Source: Paraspadella gotoi
Taxonomy: Eukaryota > Animalia > Chaetognatha
Direction: 5' to 3'
Length of the DNA stretch: 64,000 nucleotides
Assembly: GCA_051294375.1 (NCBI GenBank)
Contig: CM119263.1
Coordinates: forward strand, 6,921,645 to 6,985,644
The notes under the pieces were generated by a model. The model was not told the DNA's origin. It did not search any database and worked only from the letters and a program-made list of their open reading frames with translations. Made by a program: the position numbers and the translations under genes. Shown here piece after piece: positions 53,311 through 64,000 of the stretch (its first letter is position 1; every line of letters begins with the position of its first letter).

Positions 53311-56300
53311 AAAAGGAAATTTAGGCTCGTGTAGCGAACAGGAGGGTTTTTGAGGGTGAAAAGTCAAAAGTCAATAGTCGATAAGAATTTCTCTCCTTTT
53401 CTCTTTCTCTCTCTCTCTTTCTCTCTCTCTCTTTCTCGCTCTCTGTCTTCGTTTCACTTTCTCTTGCTCTTCCTCTTTTCCTTCTCTTCCTCTTCTCCCT
53501 CCACAGACACGGATATTTGAAATTAAAAAGAGAAAAGAATTTTCGCGGTCTTTTCTCGAACGCAGGTCTTATCACGAAACCGCCCTAACTCCCGGCTCCC
53601 GCTCCGGGGAATCGAACGTAGACTAGAGTTTTTTTTTATTTTTTACGATTTTTAATAAAGTTTAAGCTCGAAAAGAAAATTGAAAAAAAAAAAAAAAGAT
53701 TGTTGAATATTTTACGAGGTTTTTTCCCACCCTGTAGTTCTTGGGAAATCTCGCGAGGTTGGCAGTATCTCTTTCAAGTTATATGCACGCAATAACGTTT
53801 TTCTTTAAAATTCAGTTTAGTCAAATCTTCGATGCTCATCGTTCGAAAATTCCGTTAGAAGCGCGAAATAACAAAAAGTTCTGACGCCGCATCGTTGTAC
53901 TTTTGGTTCCACGCATGGTCTCTCCTCCTTTTCCTTTTTTTAAAATTCTTTTTCCTTTTTTTTTTGGTGATAAATCTTCTCCCTTCGTTTCCTTAATCTC
54001 GTTTGGCTTCCGATTTCGTCCCATGAGCTTTTTTTTTACCTTCGCTCCCTTATTCTATTCTCTACTCCCTATTTCCCTTCTCCCTACTCCCTACTCCTGA
54101 TCCGACTCCCCTCTTCGTCGAGCCATTCCTCTGCTCCACTACTCTCTTTTAATTTCGCCCCTCTCTTCGCACTGCTCTTTTTCAAACTGATTTTTTGCTT
54201 CTCCACTTTTTCACTCAATTCTCTGACGCTACAATTAGTCATATCTCAATGATTTTTATACCGTTTCGCATCAATGGTCTTCTTATATCCCTCATCTTCT
54301 TCTCTTTCCTTCTAACCCCAATGGGGCCTGTGACCCCATATCAAAGGAGACACGCCGTACTGCAGCCCTGTCTCAGCGCAGCGACCCCCCTCTTCGCGCG
54401 AACTGTAGATTCGATGGGTAAGGTGGGGTAAGTGAGGTCTGCGTTAGGGAACTCGTAAAAAGGACGACAGACTTCTTGTCTGTCGAATCTATAACATCCG
54501 GGAGAAGTAGTACTATATTTTTATTAATATTTTTTTTAAAGACACAAATGAAGACAGATTTAAACCTACGCAGTGTAATTTTTTTTTATCGAGATGAAAT
54601 TTGTCACGTAGGGTCATTGAAAGGAATTCACTTTTCACATCGATAGAATCGGTGATCGAATGGGCGTTTCGTCGGGTTCAGCCTCACATTCGCTCACCCA
54701 ATGTAATCTCTTCTAAATCTCCTCACAAAATATACGACCCGAAATTAAAGCGTAAAAAATAAAAAGTTCCTCTACCCTCCCCTCGGAGCTCGACTTTTTA
54801 CATTTCGCATTTCAAACTCCATAAATTAGAATATTTATGTTTTAATGATATTCGCATATTTGATTTATAAAAAGATTATGCGCGTAAGAGTCATGAAAAA
54901 ATGTTTAAAAATTGTAATGACTGTAAAAATTAAAACTGCGGAGAGATTTTTTAGATTTAAGGTTGTTGAGATGTATTAAACTACATAGATTAATGAGTCA
55001 AATAAAGGGATACAGAGAAAAATGACTTATGAGATGGAGAAAGGAAGGGCCTCTCAGATGAATAGAGGGAGAAAGGTATCNNNNNNNNNNNNNNNNNNNN
55101 NNNNNNNNNNNNNNNNNNNNNNNNNNNNNNNNNNNNNNNNNNNNNNNNNNNNNNNNNNNNNNNNNNNNNNNNNNNNNNNNNNNNNNNNNNNNNNNNNNNN
55201 NNNNNNNNNNNNNNNNNNNNNNNNNNNNNNNNNNNNNNNNNNNNNNNNNNNNNNNNNNNNNNNNNNNNNNNNNNNNNNNNNNNNNNNNNNNNNNNNNNNN
55301 NNNNNNNNNNNNNNNNNNNNNNNNNNNNNNNNNNNNNNNNNNNNNNNNNNNNNNNNNNNNNNNNNNNNNNNNNNNNNNNNNNNNNNNNNNNNNNNNNNNN
55401 NNNNNNNNNNNNNNNNNNNNNNNNNNNNNNNNNNNNNNNNNNNNNNNNNNNNNNNNNNNNNNNNNNNNNNNNNNNNNNNNNNNNNNNNNNNNNNNNNNNN
55501 NNNNNNNNNNNNNNNNNNNNNNNNNNNNNNNNNNNNNNNNNNNNNNNNNNNNNNNNNNNNNNNNNNNNNNNNNNNNNNNNNNNNNNNNNNNNNNNNNNNN
55601 NNNNNNNNNNNNNNNNNNNNNNNNNNNNNNNNNNNNNNNNNNNNNNNNNNNNNNNNNNNNNNNNNNNNNNNNNNNNNNNNNNNNNNNNNNNNNNNNNNNN
55701 NNNNNNTCTGAGATGGAAATAGGAAGGATTTAACAGATGGACGAGAAGACTGTTTGAGCATGGAGAAAGGAAAGATTTACTGCTTCCCGAAACCCAGCGA
55801 ACCCGTTCCAGATTAATCGGATTGCATTTGCATACGGAGAATCTTCGGGAAAAAGAGGAGAAAAGGAGGAAAGAAAAGGAAAAAAATAGGGAAAGAATAA
55901 GAAGAAAAACGAGAGAAAGAGGGTCTGCCCCGGAAATCCCGTCGGCAACGCAGCCGCCGCCGCCGCCGCCGCCGCGGAGGAGGAAGAGACCTTACTTCCG
56001 GCGGAGATGTCGGGCGCTACTGCCTCCGCCAGCGGCGTCATCCACGACTCGAGCGAAANNNNNNNNNNNNNNNNNNNNNNNNNNNNNNNNNNNNNNNNNN
56101 NNNNNNNNNNNNNNNNNNNNNNNNNNNNNNNNNNNNNNNNNNNNNNNNNNNNNNNNNNNNNNNNNNNNNNNNNNNNNNNNNNNNNNNNNNNNNNNNNNNN
56201 NNNNNNNNNNNNNNNNNNNNNNNNNNNNNNNNNNNNNNNNNNNNNNNNNGAAGGCGGAGTTTTTGTTGGTTTTTGTTTTTATTTTTTAGTTAAATAATTA

Positions 56301-57299
56301 TTTCATCGCCGAGTTTTTTTGTTTTTTTCATTTGTTGTCAATGTTTCGGTCCACATCGTCGCGAGCAGATAAAAAAATCCGGTAAAACAAAAGAATATTT
56401 AAAATTAATTTTCACGAATTAAAAAAAACCAAAACCTCCCGCTGCTCACATTTTTAAATATTTTTTTCCTATCATCATTCAATCATCGTTATCATCAATG
56501 ATAACACCATTATCATCATCATCATCATTATCATCATCATCATCATCATCACAAGCACGGATAAAAAAAAACAAACTCGTCTTCCAGTCTAAAAATAGAA
56601 ACAAAAGGAAAATGTTTTTTTTTTAATTTTTCATTTCCTTTCACTCGTGTTTTTCCAGAGACGCTGATTAAACACTTGTCATGTTATTTCTCAGCCCGAC
56701 CGACGGACCCACGGACCGACCGACAGCCCTTCCGTCCAACTGCCCGATTGCCTTCAGCCGCCCGACTGCATATTCCGCCGGGCTGGCATACCTCATTTTC
56801 TTCAACCATTTAATTATTTGAAACCACCCCGCTTTGCGCGAGACGCAGTATTTTCTCGATTATCCTGATTTCTCTCTTTACCTGTCACTCCATTACTCGG
56901 AGTTTCACCAATCACCTGTCACTTTCATTACTCGGGTTTCACCAATAACATATGTTACCTTCCCCTCGAAAACTTCTTTTACACCTCGTCGCCGCTTTCC
57001 ACCTCCTCCGATCCTTGCACCTGCTTCCACTACCTGCCCTCGAGTCCGATGCGCAGCCTGTTTCCACATATCTTAAACTCGATGAATTAAAAATTCGATC
57101 CCCGTTAATTCCTTCTCGCAAAACGGCGGCAAGACGGTCGTTCCTGTCTTTATCCCCGCGATTCCAGCCTCACAAAGTCCCATCCCCAATCCCCGAGTCC
57201 CCAATCACTCAATGCCCCAATCACCAAATCCTCATCTCATCCCGAGCAATTACTTATCTTAATTTTTTTGATCCCCAATTTAATTTTTTTAAAATTTTC

Positions 57300-57420
57300 T
57301 CTCTTATCTTTTATCTTATCTTTCTTTATATCTTATTCTTATCTGTATCTTATCTTATCTGCTATCTTATTCTTATCTTATCTTATCTTTATCTTATCTT
57401 ATCTTATCTTATCTTTATTG
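57300..57420. repeat. (TCTTA)n pentamer tract
   Basis: About 20 tctta units. Confidence 0.9.
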
Positions 57421-57561
57421 TACTAATTTGGTTTTTAAAGATTCTGTAATTCGTGTCGGTCTCCTCTGTGCACTTTAGCTCGTCATTGCATTCCCGATCT
57501 TTCATTTTAAATCCTTCCAAATTTTTATTTCTCTCGCTCTCTCGTGTCATCTCTTCTCTCT

Positions 57562-57619
<58 letters not shown>

Positions 57620-60600
57620 TCTCTCTCTCTCTTTCTCCCTCCTCCCACATTTTAATCCCTCTAAATCCCCGGATGTGAATTTCTCGTCGAAAGGCGAACT
57701 CACGGATTTTATCTCATCTCTCCTTTTATTCAACACATTCTCTTTCTCATACGGACTCGTAAGAATGAATCTTTTATTTCCTTTTATTCCCTATTCAAAA
57801 TTAACTCATTCGTTCCGATTACATCCCGGGACGACCGAATCAAATCTTTTCACCGACATTTTCGCACTAAAGTTCATTTCATCCGTCGTGCATTCAAAGT
57901 ACATCCCGTCGCCACGCACCTGCGCCTTCCTTTTCTCCGCCGTCGTGTCGTCATCGTCGTCGTCATCGTCGTCGGCGTGGAAGGATCGTTCTCCTTTTTC
58001 TTTCCTCGTTCCACTCCTCGCTGCGGTCGAGAATTGGCGACTCTACCCTCCTCCCCTCTCTTCCTTCTCTTTCCTCCCTCCACGAGCTTCCCTCCTCTTC
58101 TCTCCTCTCCATCTGATTCGAATCGCCACGAAAGGTGACACTCTGGCCGCTAGGGACTCTGCTCTCTCCCCCTCTCCGCCCCTCCTCCTTCTTCCTTTCT
58201 ACTTCTTCGGCCGCGACGTCCAAGGAATTAATCAAATTTTGATGTTCCTCCCCTTCTTCCTTCTTCCCTTGTCTTCTTCTCTTCCTCCTCCGGATTGACG
58301 ACGGCGCCTCGGCTGAAGCGGTTGCCATGGCGACGCTGATGAATAAAACGAGCAGAGAGCAAGAATCGTCTTTCGTCGTCGTCGTCGTCGTCGTCGTCCT
58401 CGTCGTCGTCGTCGAGGACGTCTTCTTTTTCCCGCGGAATTTCTGCGTTTTCTTTTTTTAGTTTTCATCGTTTGTTTATTTTGTTTTGCTTCTTTTTTTT
58501 TAGTCTTCTGAGTTTATTCTGTTTTTTTTCTTTCTTTTTTTTTTCTTTAAACTCAGTCGCGATTTTAAAATAAAGTTTCACTGTTGGAGGGCGATAACTT
58601 CATTCTTTGTGAGCAATAAATAATTTAGCGCGTTTTTTTTTTAGAGATGCTACTGCTCTTTTTAGGGGACGAATATTCAATTCTTTATTATTCATGTATA
58701 GTTTTTGACGTAATTACATTACGATTTTTTTCCAAAATATCATTTTCGGATCAAAAGAAATTCGAGGAAAAAATTCGAGGCGGTACGAAGCCATTTTATC
58801 TTTGATGTCGTTAACTGAATTGAAAGTGCATAAAATTATATTAATGATTAAGAAATGATCTACAAAGACGAAAAAGAGAATAATTGAATTTAAAAAGAAT
58901 ATTTGAAATGATAAAACCTCGGATTCGCGCAATTTACTTTCGAGTCGTAATCCATGTGAATTCTTACAACGGAGCAAGTGAGGCATCGAGGAAAATCCCG
59001 AAGGACCGAAACAGATTGGACAATGAAATTGATCGTCTGAGGCGATTCGACGACGACGACGACGACGACGATGACGACGACGAAGATGACGACGACGCCG
59101 ACCAAGACCACTTGAAAGTCACGTGACAGTCTCTGGTCAAGAAAAGGTCAGAAGAGGAGACTAGGACGACGACGACGACGACGACGACTTGGGTCATTGA
59201 CATTTCAGGAGAAATGAACTCGGGTTTGAACTGTGAGCACACCAAACGAATCACCACTAGCAACTTAATCGCCACACCAACTCGACCGGCACTCCAAACA
59301 GCCTCAACCAGAGTCGCCTAGTCGACGTCATTTCCGGTTTTATTGCGTCATAATTCGAGAGAAACGGCAAAGGAAAAAAAGGGCAATTCTTTCAAAACGG
59401 AATCCGTGAAATGAGGCCACGCCTACTGACGAAGGAACTGGGTCCATCTGCCTTTTGGATAAGGGTACATCTCTACTGGTGTGCTCAGTCTCTCAAAATA
59501 CTCTGATATAATACATGTGCCCTCTCACGGACTGACTTCTTCCACCGATTTAGATAATCTTCACTGCCGCTTTTAAATTCCTCCATAAAATTTTCAACCG
59601 TAATAGTGAACCCACCGTGACCTTGAGACTCTTCGACAACCTCACATTTCTAGACTACACGTCGCCATCTTTCGGCAAATTCTATCGCCGATTCCCAACG
59701 GAGAAGGAACCGCACAGCTGCCCATATCCATTCCTTTCGACCGCGAAGGAGAAAACTCATAAAAAACCCATATAAAAAAACCAATCTCTCTCTCTCTNNN
59801 NNNNNNNNNNNNNNNNNNNNNNNNNNNNNNNNNNNNNNNNNNNNNNNNNNNNNNNNNNNNNNNNNNNNNNNNNNNNNNNNNNNNNNNNNNNNNNNNNNNN
59901 NNNNNNNNNNNNNNNNNNNNNNNNNNNNNNNNNNNNNNNNNNNNNNNNNNNNNNNNNNNNNNNNNNNNNNNNNNNNNNNNNNNNNNNNNNNNNNNNNNNN
60001 NNNNNNNNNNNNNNNNNNNNNNNNNNNNNNNNNNNNNNNNNNNNNNNNNNNNNNNNNNNNNNNNNNNNNNNNNNNNNNNNNTTTTTTTTCTTTTGCTGCG
60101 GTTCGCTAGTTTTGATGAAAGAAATCTCTGGTTGCTTTTTCAGAGAATAACCAGAAATTGCTTGCTGTCTTTCATAAGCTTCTTCATCTTCGAAACCAAT
60201 GATCTCAGTTCCCGATAGAAAACTCCCTCTTCTCTTACTCTCTCACCCNNNNNNNNNNNNNNNNNNNNNNNNNNNNNNNNNNNNNNNNNNNNNNNNNNNN
60301 NNNNNNNNNNNNNNNNNNNNNNNNNNNNNNNNNNNNNNNNNNNNNNNNNNNNNNNNNNNNNNNNNNNNNNNNNNNNNNNNNNNNNNNNNNNNNNNNNNNN
60401 NNNNNNNNNNNNNNNNNNNNNNNNNNNNNNNNNNNNNNNNNNNNNNNNNNNNNNNNNNNNNNNNNNNNNNNNNNNNNNNNNNNNNNNNNNNNNNNNNNNN
60501 NNNNNNNNNNNNNNNNNNNNNNNNNNNNNNNNNNNNNNNNNNNNNNNNNNNNNNCGTTGGTTCACATTCATTTTTCGCCCTTTCGTCGCCTTTCGAAAAG

Positions 60601-61249
60601 ACGGAAGGAAGGAACAACGGAAGGAAGCTATTAATCATCTCCGTAGCAACCAAGGACGTGGACGACGACGACAACAACAACAACTGTTTCGACAGAATAA
60701 AGAACTCGTTTCCTCTCTCTTCCTTTTGACGGGAAATCGCATCCGAAGGAAAATTTGTTTTTTCTTCTTTTCTCATTCGATTCTTTGCCTTTTTTCCCCT
60801 TCGAAGCTAAATTGTTTGAACAAGAAGACTTCCAGCGGAGACGGCGGACAGGCGCGTTGCTAAGGCGGTTGCTAAGGGATGGAGGGAAGCCGGGGAAAGA
60901 GTTTTCTAGGTGGTCAGGGAGATGGCTATCATGGTTTTACATCCAACGCGAAGTTTTGAATTCGGAGAAATACTTGTTCGCTTTTTGTAAAACGCGAGTG
61001 AATGTAACTGAATTAAGATGGATTCTGTGTAGAAGGGAGAAAGAAGGAAGAATAATGGTTTTTAGGGGGGNNNNNNNNNNNNNNNNNNNNNNNNNNNNNN
61101 NNNNNNNNNNNNNNNNNNNNNNNNNNNNNNNNNNNNNNNNNNNNNNNNNNNNNNNNNNNNNNNNNNNNNNNNNNNNNNNNNNNNNNNNNNNNNNNNNNNN
61201 NNNNNNNNNNNNNNNNNNNNNNNNNNNNNNNNNNNNNNNNNNNNNNNNN

Positions 61250-61476
61250 GCGCACCGCCACGCCACAAGCGATGGCAAAGGCGGAGACTTTAAACGAGAA
61301 GGTATAACTGCTTTAATGCAAAAGGACAGCTAAAAATAGCCCGGGCCTTCCGGGAAATAACGACGACGACGACGAAAAACGGATAACGATCAGCATCTCC
61401 TCCTGGTGGCGAGTAATTGTGGTGGAGAAATTAATAATAGGAGGGCAATGAGTGGTCGGCTTGGAGTTGGGTTGTT

Positions 61477-61515
<39 letters not shown>

Positions 61516-62815
61516 GTGAAATTAGATGAGAGCAAACAAAGTGAACAAAGACGGCGAGAGAATGAAATTGATACGGCAAACAAAAGACTCGCGGCGAAAT
61601 GAAAAACCTGGCCGATCGGCTCGTGGAAGAAGAGCCGATGCGCAAGATGGCGGAGCTGTGGAAATCGGAACTGAACTGCTGCTGAATCTCACTGAAGAAA
61701 TCAAACTAACTGGCTGAAATAAATTGCGCTAAATCTAAACGCTTGACATTCGGAGTNNNNNNNNNNNNNNNNNNNNNNNNNCGATGAGATCGACCACAGG
61801 ATGACGAGAGAGGAGAGTGGACGAGAACGATGGGAGTGAAGAGATCGGAGAGACCGAGACGAGAGAGAGTGAGAAGGTCGACCTGCGCCGGGAGAAGAGG
61901 AGTATGCTCCTCGCCCACCCGCCACGCCACAAAGCGGATGGCAAAGCGCGAGCGGAGACTTTTTTCTCTTAAACACCGCCAGGTCAGCAGGAAGAAGGGT
62001 CGCGTTATTAATCTGCTTTACTGCAAAAGGGGACAGCCTCTAAAAAATACCCTGGCCTTCCGGACACTATAACGACGACGACGACGAAAAAATCAAAAAA
62101 AACGGATGAATAACGCAATCAGGCATCTCGCTCCTCCAGGTGGTGGGGCGAACCAAGTAATTGCTGCTGGCGAGAAATGAATAACTAGCCCGAGGGGGCA
62201 ATGATCTGTGGCGTGGGTCTCCGGCTGGGGTACTATTTCGCGTGTTCGTGCTACGTGCACGCGCGCGACCGTCATACTTGCGATGTATCTGCCACGCGAC
62301 CCCAAGTTGGGATTGTGTCGACCACGACCGCACACCTGACCACCGTACGTGACTGACGGACCTGAAGCACGACGCACCGACCGAGCGAACCGACTGACCC
62401 GAGCGTCGCGAGACGCTGACCGTCGACCTGGCTACTCCGGTACGCGACGACGCACGTACGACGACCTCCTTGTTCCGACACCGTGTCTGAACGATCTGTG
62501 AAATTTAGATGATAGGAGCCAAAACCAAAACGGCCGTATCGTCTCCAACTAAAGACGGTCGGACCGAGTAATGAATTCTGTGGCGATACTCTGGACCCAA
62601 ACAATACACCGACTCCGCGGGGCGTCCAATGAACATATTGAAAACTCTGCGCCGCCATTCGGGCTCTTGTAATGAATGAGCCCGGGATGCGGCCATAGGA
62701 TGTGCCGGAGCTGTGACAAATCGGAACTGAAACTGCTGCTAATCCTCACTCGTAGAAATTCAAATCTCACTGCCTGAAATAAATCGCCTAAAATCTACAA
62801 TGCTTTGAACCAGTT
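61250..62815 (+). repeat. Duplicate pair 61250-61756 / about 61912-62815; second copy inflated by insertions
   Basis: Same ordered landmarks (gccacgccaca, ggacagc, ggccttccgg, gcatctc, gggcaatga, aaattagatga, aaatcggaactga, cgctaaatcta) in about 900 versus about 500 nt. Confidence 0.85.
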
Positions 62816-63688
62816 CGAGTATAACCGGGCAGAGGGCAGTGATTGCAGATGGAGGAAGAGAGCAGTGAGACGCCTCTACATGGTTAATTAAGTCAAGTTG
62901 ATCAAGTTGAATTGACAGAGAGAGACGAGGAGAGGAAAGAGAGAGAGAGAGTGAGAAGACGCAGAGCATAGCGAGACGATCCCGCGAGGAGTAGATGAGG
63001 AGAGAGATGACGATGAGAGAGAGAGAGATGATAGAGAGAGAGTGAGGAGTCGTAAGAGAAGAGAGAGAGAGAGGCAACGACGTACATTTCCCTGGTCATT
63101 TACTGTGCTGGAAAGAAGGATTGGTGCGTGGGTCGGTGGCCCGGTCGGCTTGATGTGATCTTGGGTGATGATGATGATGATGATGATGATGAGGCCAAGT
63201 AGTTGAGAGAGAGAGGTGTTAGATGTGTTTTAAGCGACGAAAAAAGAAACAGAGACAATCTCTACTAAATCACAAGGTTAACAACAACAACAACAAACAA
63301 GCCTGCCGAGAATTATCGTAGCGCCGCCCGACTAAATCAAACTAAATCAAACAAACCGGAAATTCGGGCGTTGAGAGAGTCGCAGAGGGGGCGCCGCGGG
63401 AGGAAATTTGAAAGCGGCGCCAGCGGCGCGGAATTTCGAAGGCCGCGCCCACCATCGCCGGAAATGAGGAGAAAAAAAAAAAATCGGAACCCGAAAAATG
63501 GGAACGAAAAAAAAATTGGGAAAATGAAGTCGAAGTCTGAAAAGCGAAACTCGAAGCGGAAGAAAAAAAAAGGAAGTGAAATTAAATGACTTAACTTCAC
63601 AATTCGGTTCTCAACTCTCAACTAGGATGGAGTCGTTTTCGATTCTCTCACTTAATCACTAGTTAAGTGGTGAAATGGTGACCGGGAG

Positions 63689-63776
63689 AGTGATTTAAGT
63701 CACTTACTCCAGTAATTTAAGTCACTCACTCCAGTGATTTAAGTCACTCACTCCAGTGATTTGAATCAATCACTCC
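63689..63776. repeat. Four 22-bp tandem repeats with a palindromic core
   Basis: agtgatttaagtcacttactcc / agtaatttaagtcactcactcc / agtgatttaagtcactcactcc / agtgatttgaatcaatcactcc. Confidence 0.9.
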
Positions 63777-64000
63777 CGTGCCCTTGATGCTTGCGGAAAG
63801 AAATTGCTTTGATCGGATTAAATAAAAATTTGGAGGCCGTAGGAAGTTGCCAAGGACGATCATTGATCGGAGATTTGGCAGCTGCGATCGAGTCCCTTAA
63901 AGAATTCTTATTCATTCATTAATTCGTTATCAAATTCATTGAATCCTTCATTGATTCATTCAATTCATAAAGTCTTTTTTTATTTTAATTCTTGAACAAA

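Noticed and set aside
57453-58298. 281-aa Ser/Leu/Phe-rich ORF
   Set aside because: Pyrimidine-rich low-complexity sequence that is naturally depleted of stops; no domain recognised.
63689-63776. CRISPR-like palindromic repeat array
   Set aside because: Repeats are contiguous with no unique spacers, there are no cas genes, and the context is eukaryotic.

Overview
Eukaryotic (invertebrate, probably arthropod-like) draft-assembly window, rich in (GA)n and (CGA)n microsatellites, with many N gaps. It lies inside a large minus-strand Roundabout (Robo/SAX-3 family) gene. I read five intact exons with canonical splice sites: Ig2a 47938-48091, Ig2b 47410-47541, Ig3a 45972-46106, Ig3b 38338-38465 and Ig4b 18002-18148. 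The first four splice in frame. Ig1, Ig4a and Ig5 onward were not found. The introns carry a decayed BEL/Pao LTR retrotransposon, LTR-like elements, a 4.25-kb TA-flanked DNA transposon whose empty site is also assembled nearby, a hAT-like element with an 8-bp TSD, and Penelope-type hammerhead-like motifs. About 20 kb of the window is redundant: a +/-/+ triplication at 18.3-36.8 kb, tandem copies at 13.7-17.1, 40.0-46.3 and 61.2-62.8 kb, and a fold-back centred near 7.5 kb. Indel-dominated divergence and seven exactly 25-N gaps point to long-read gap-filling or haplotype artefacts. Most listed ORFs are translations of microsatellites or gaps. I found no convincingly novel biological system. The best leads are a candidate alternative Robo 5' exon that could bypass Ig1, a stop-free in-frame intron inside Ig2, a duplicated Ig3 half-exon, and structural-variant alleles captured side by side.
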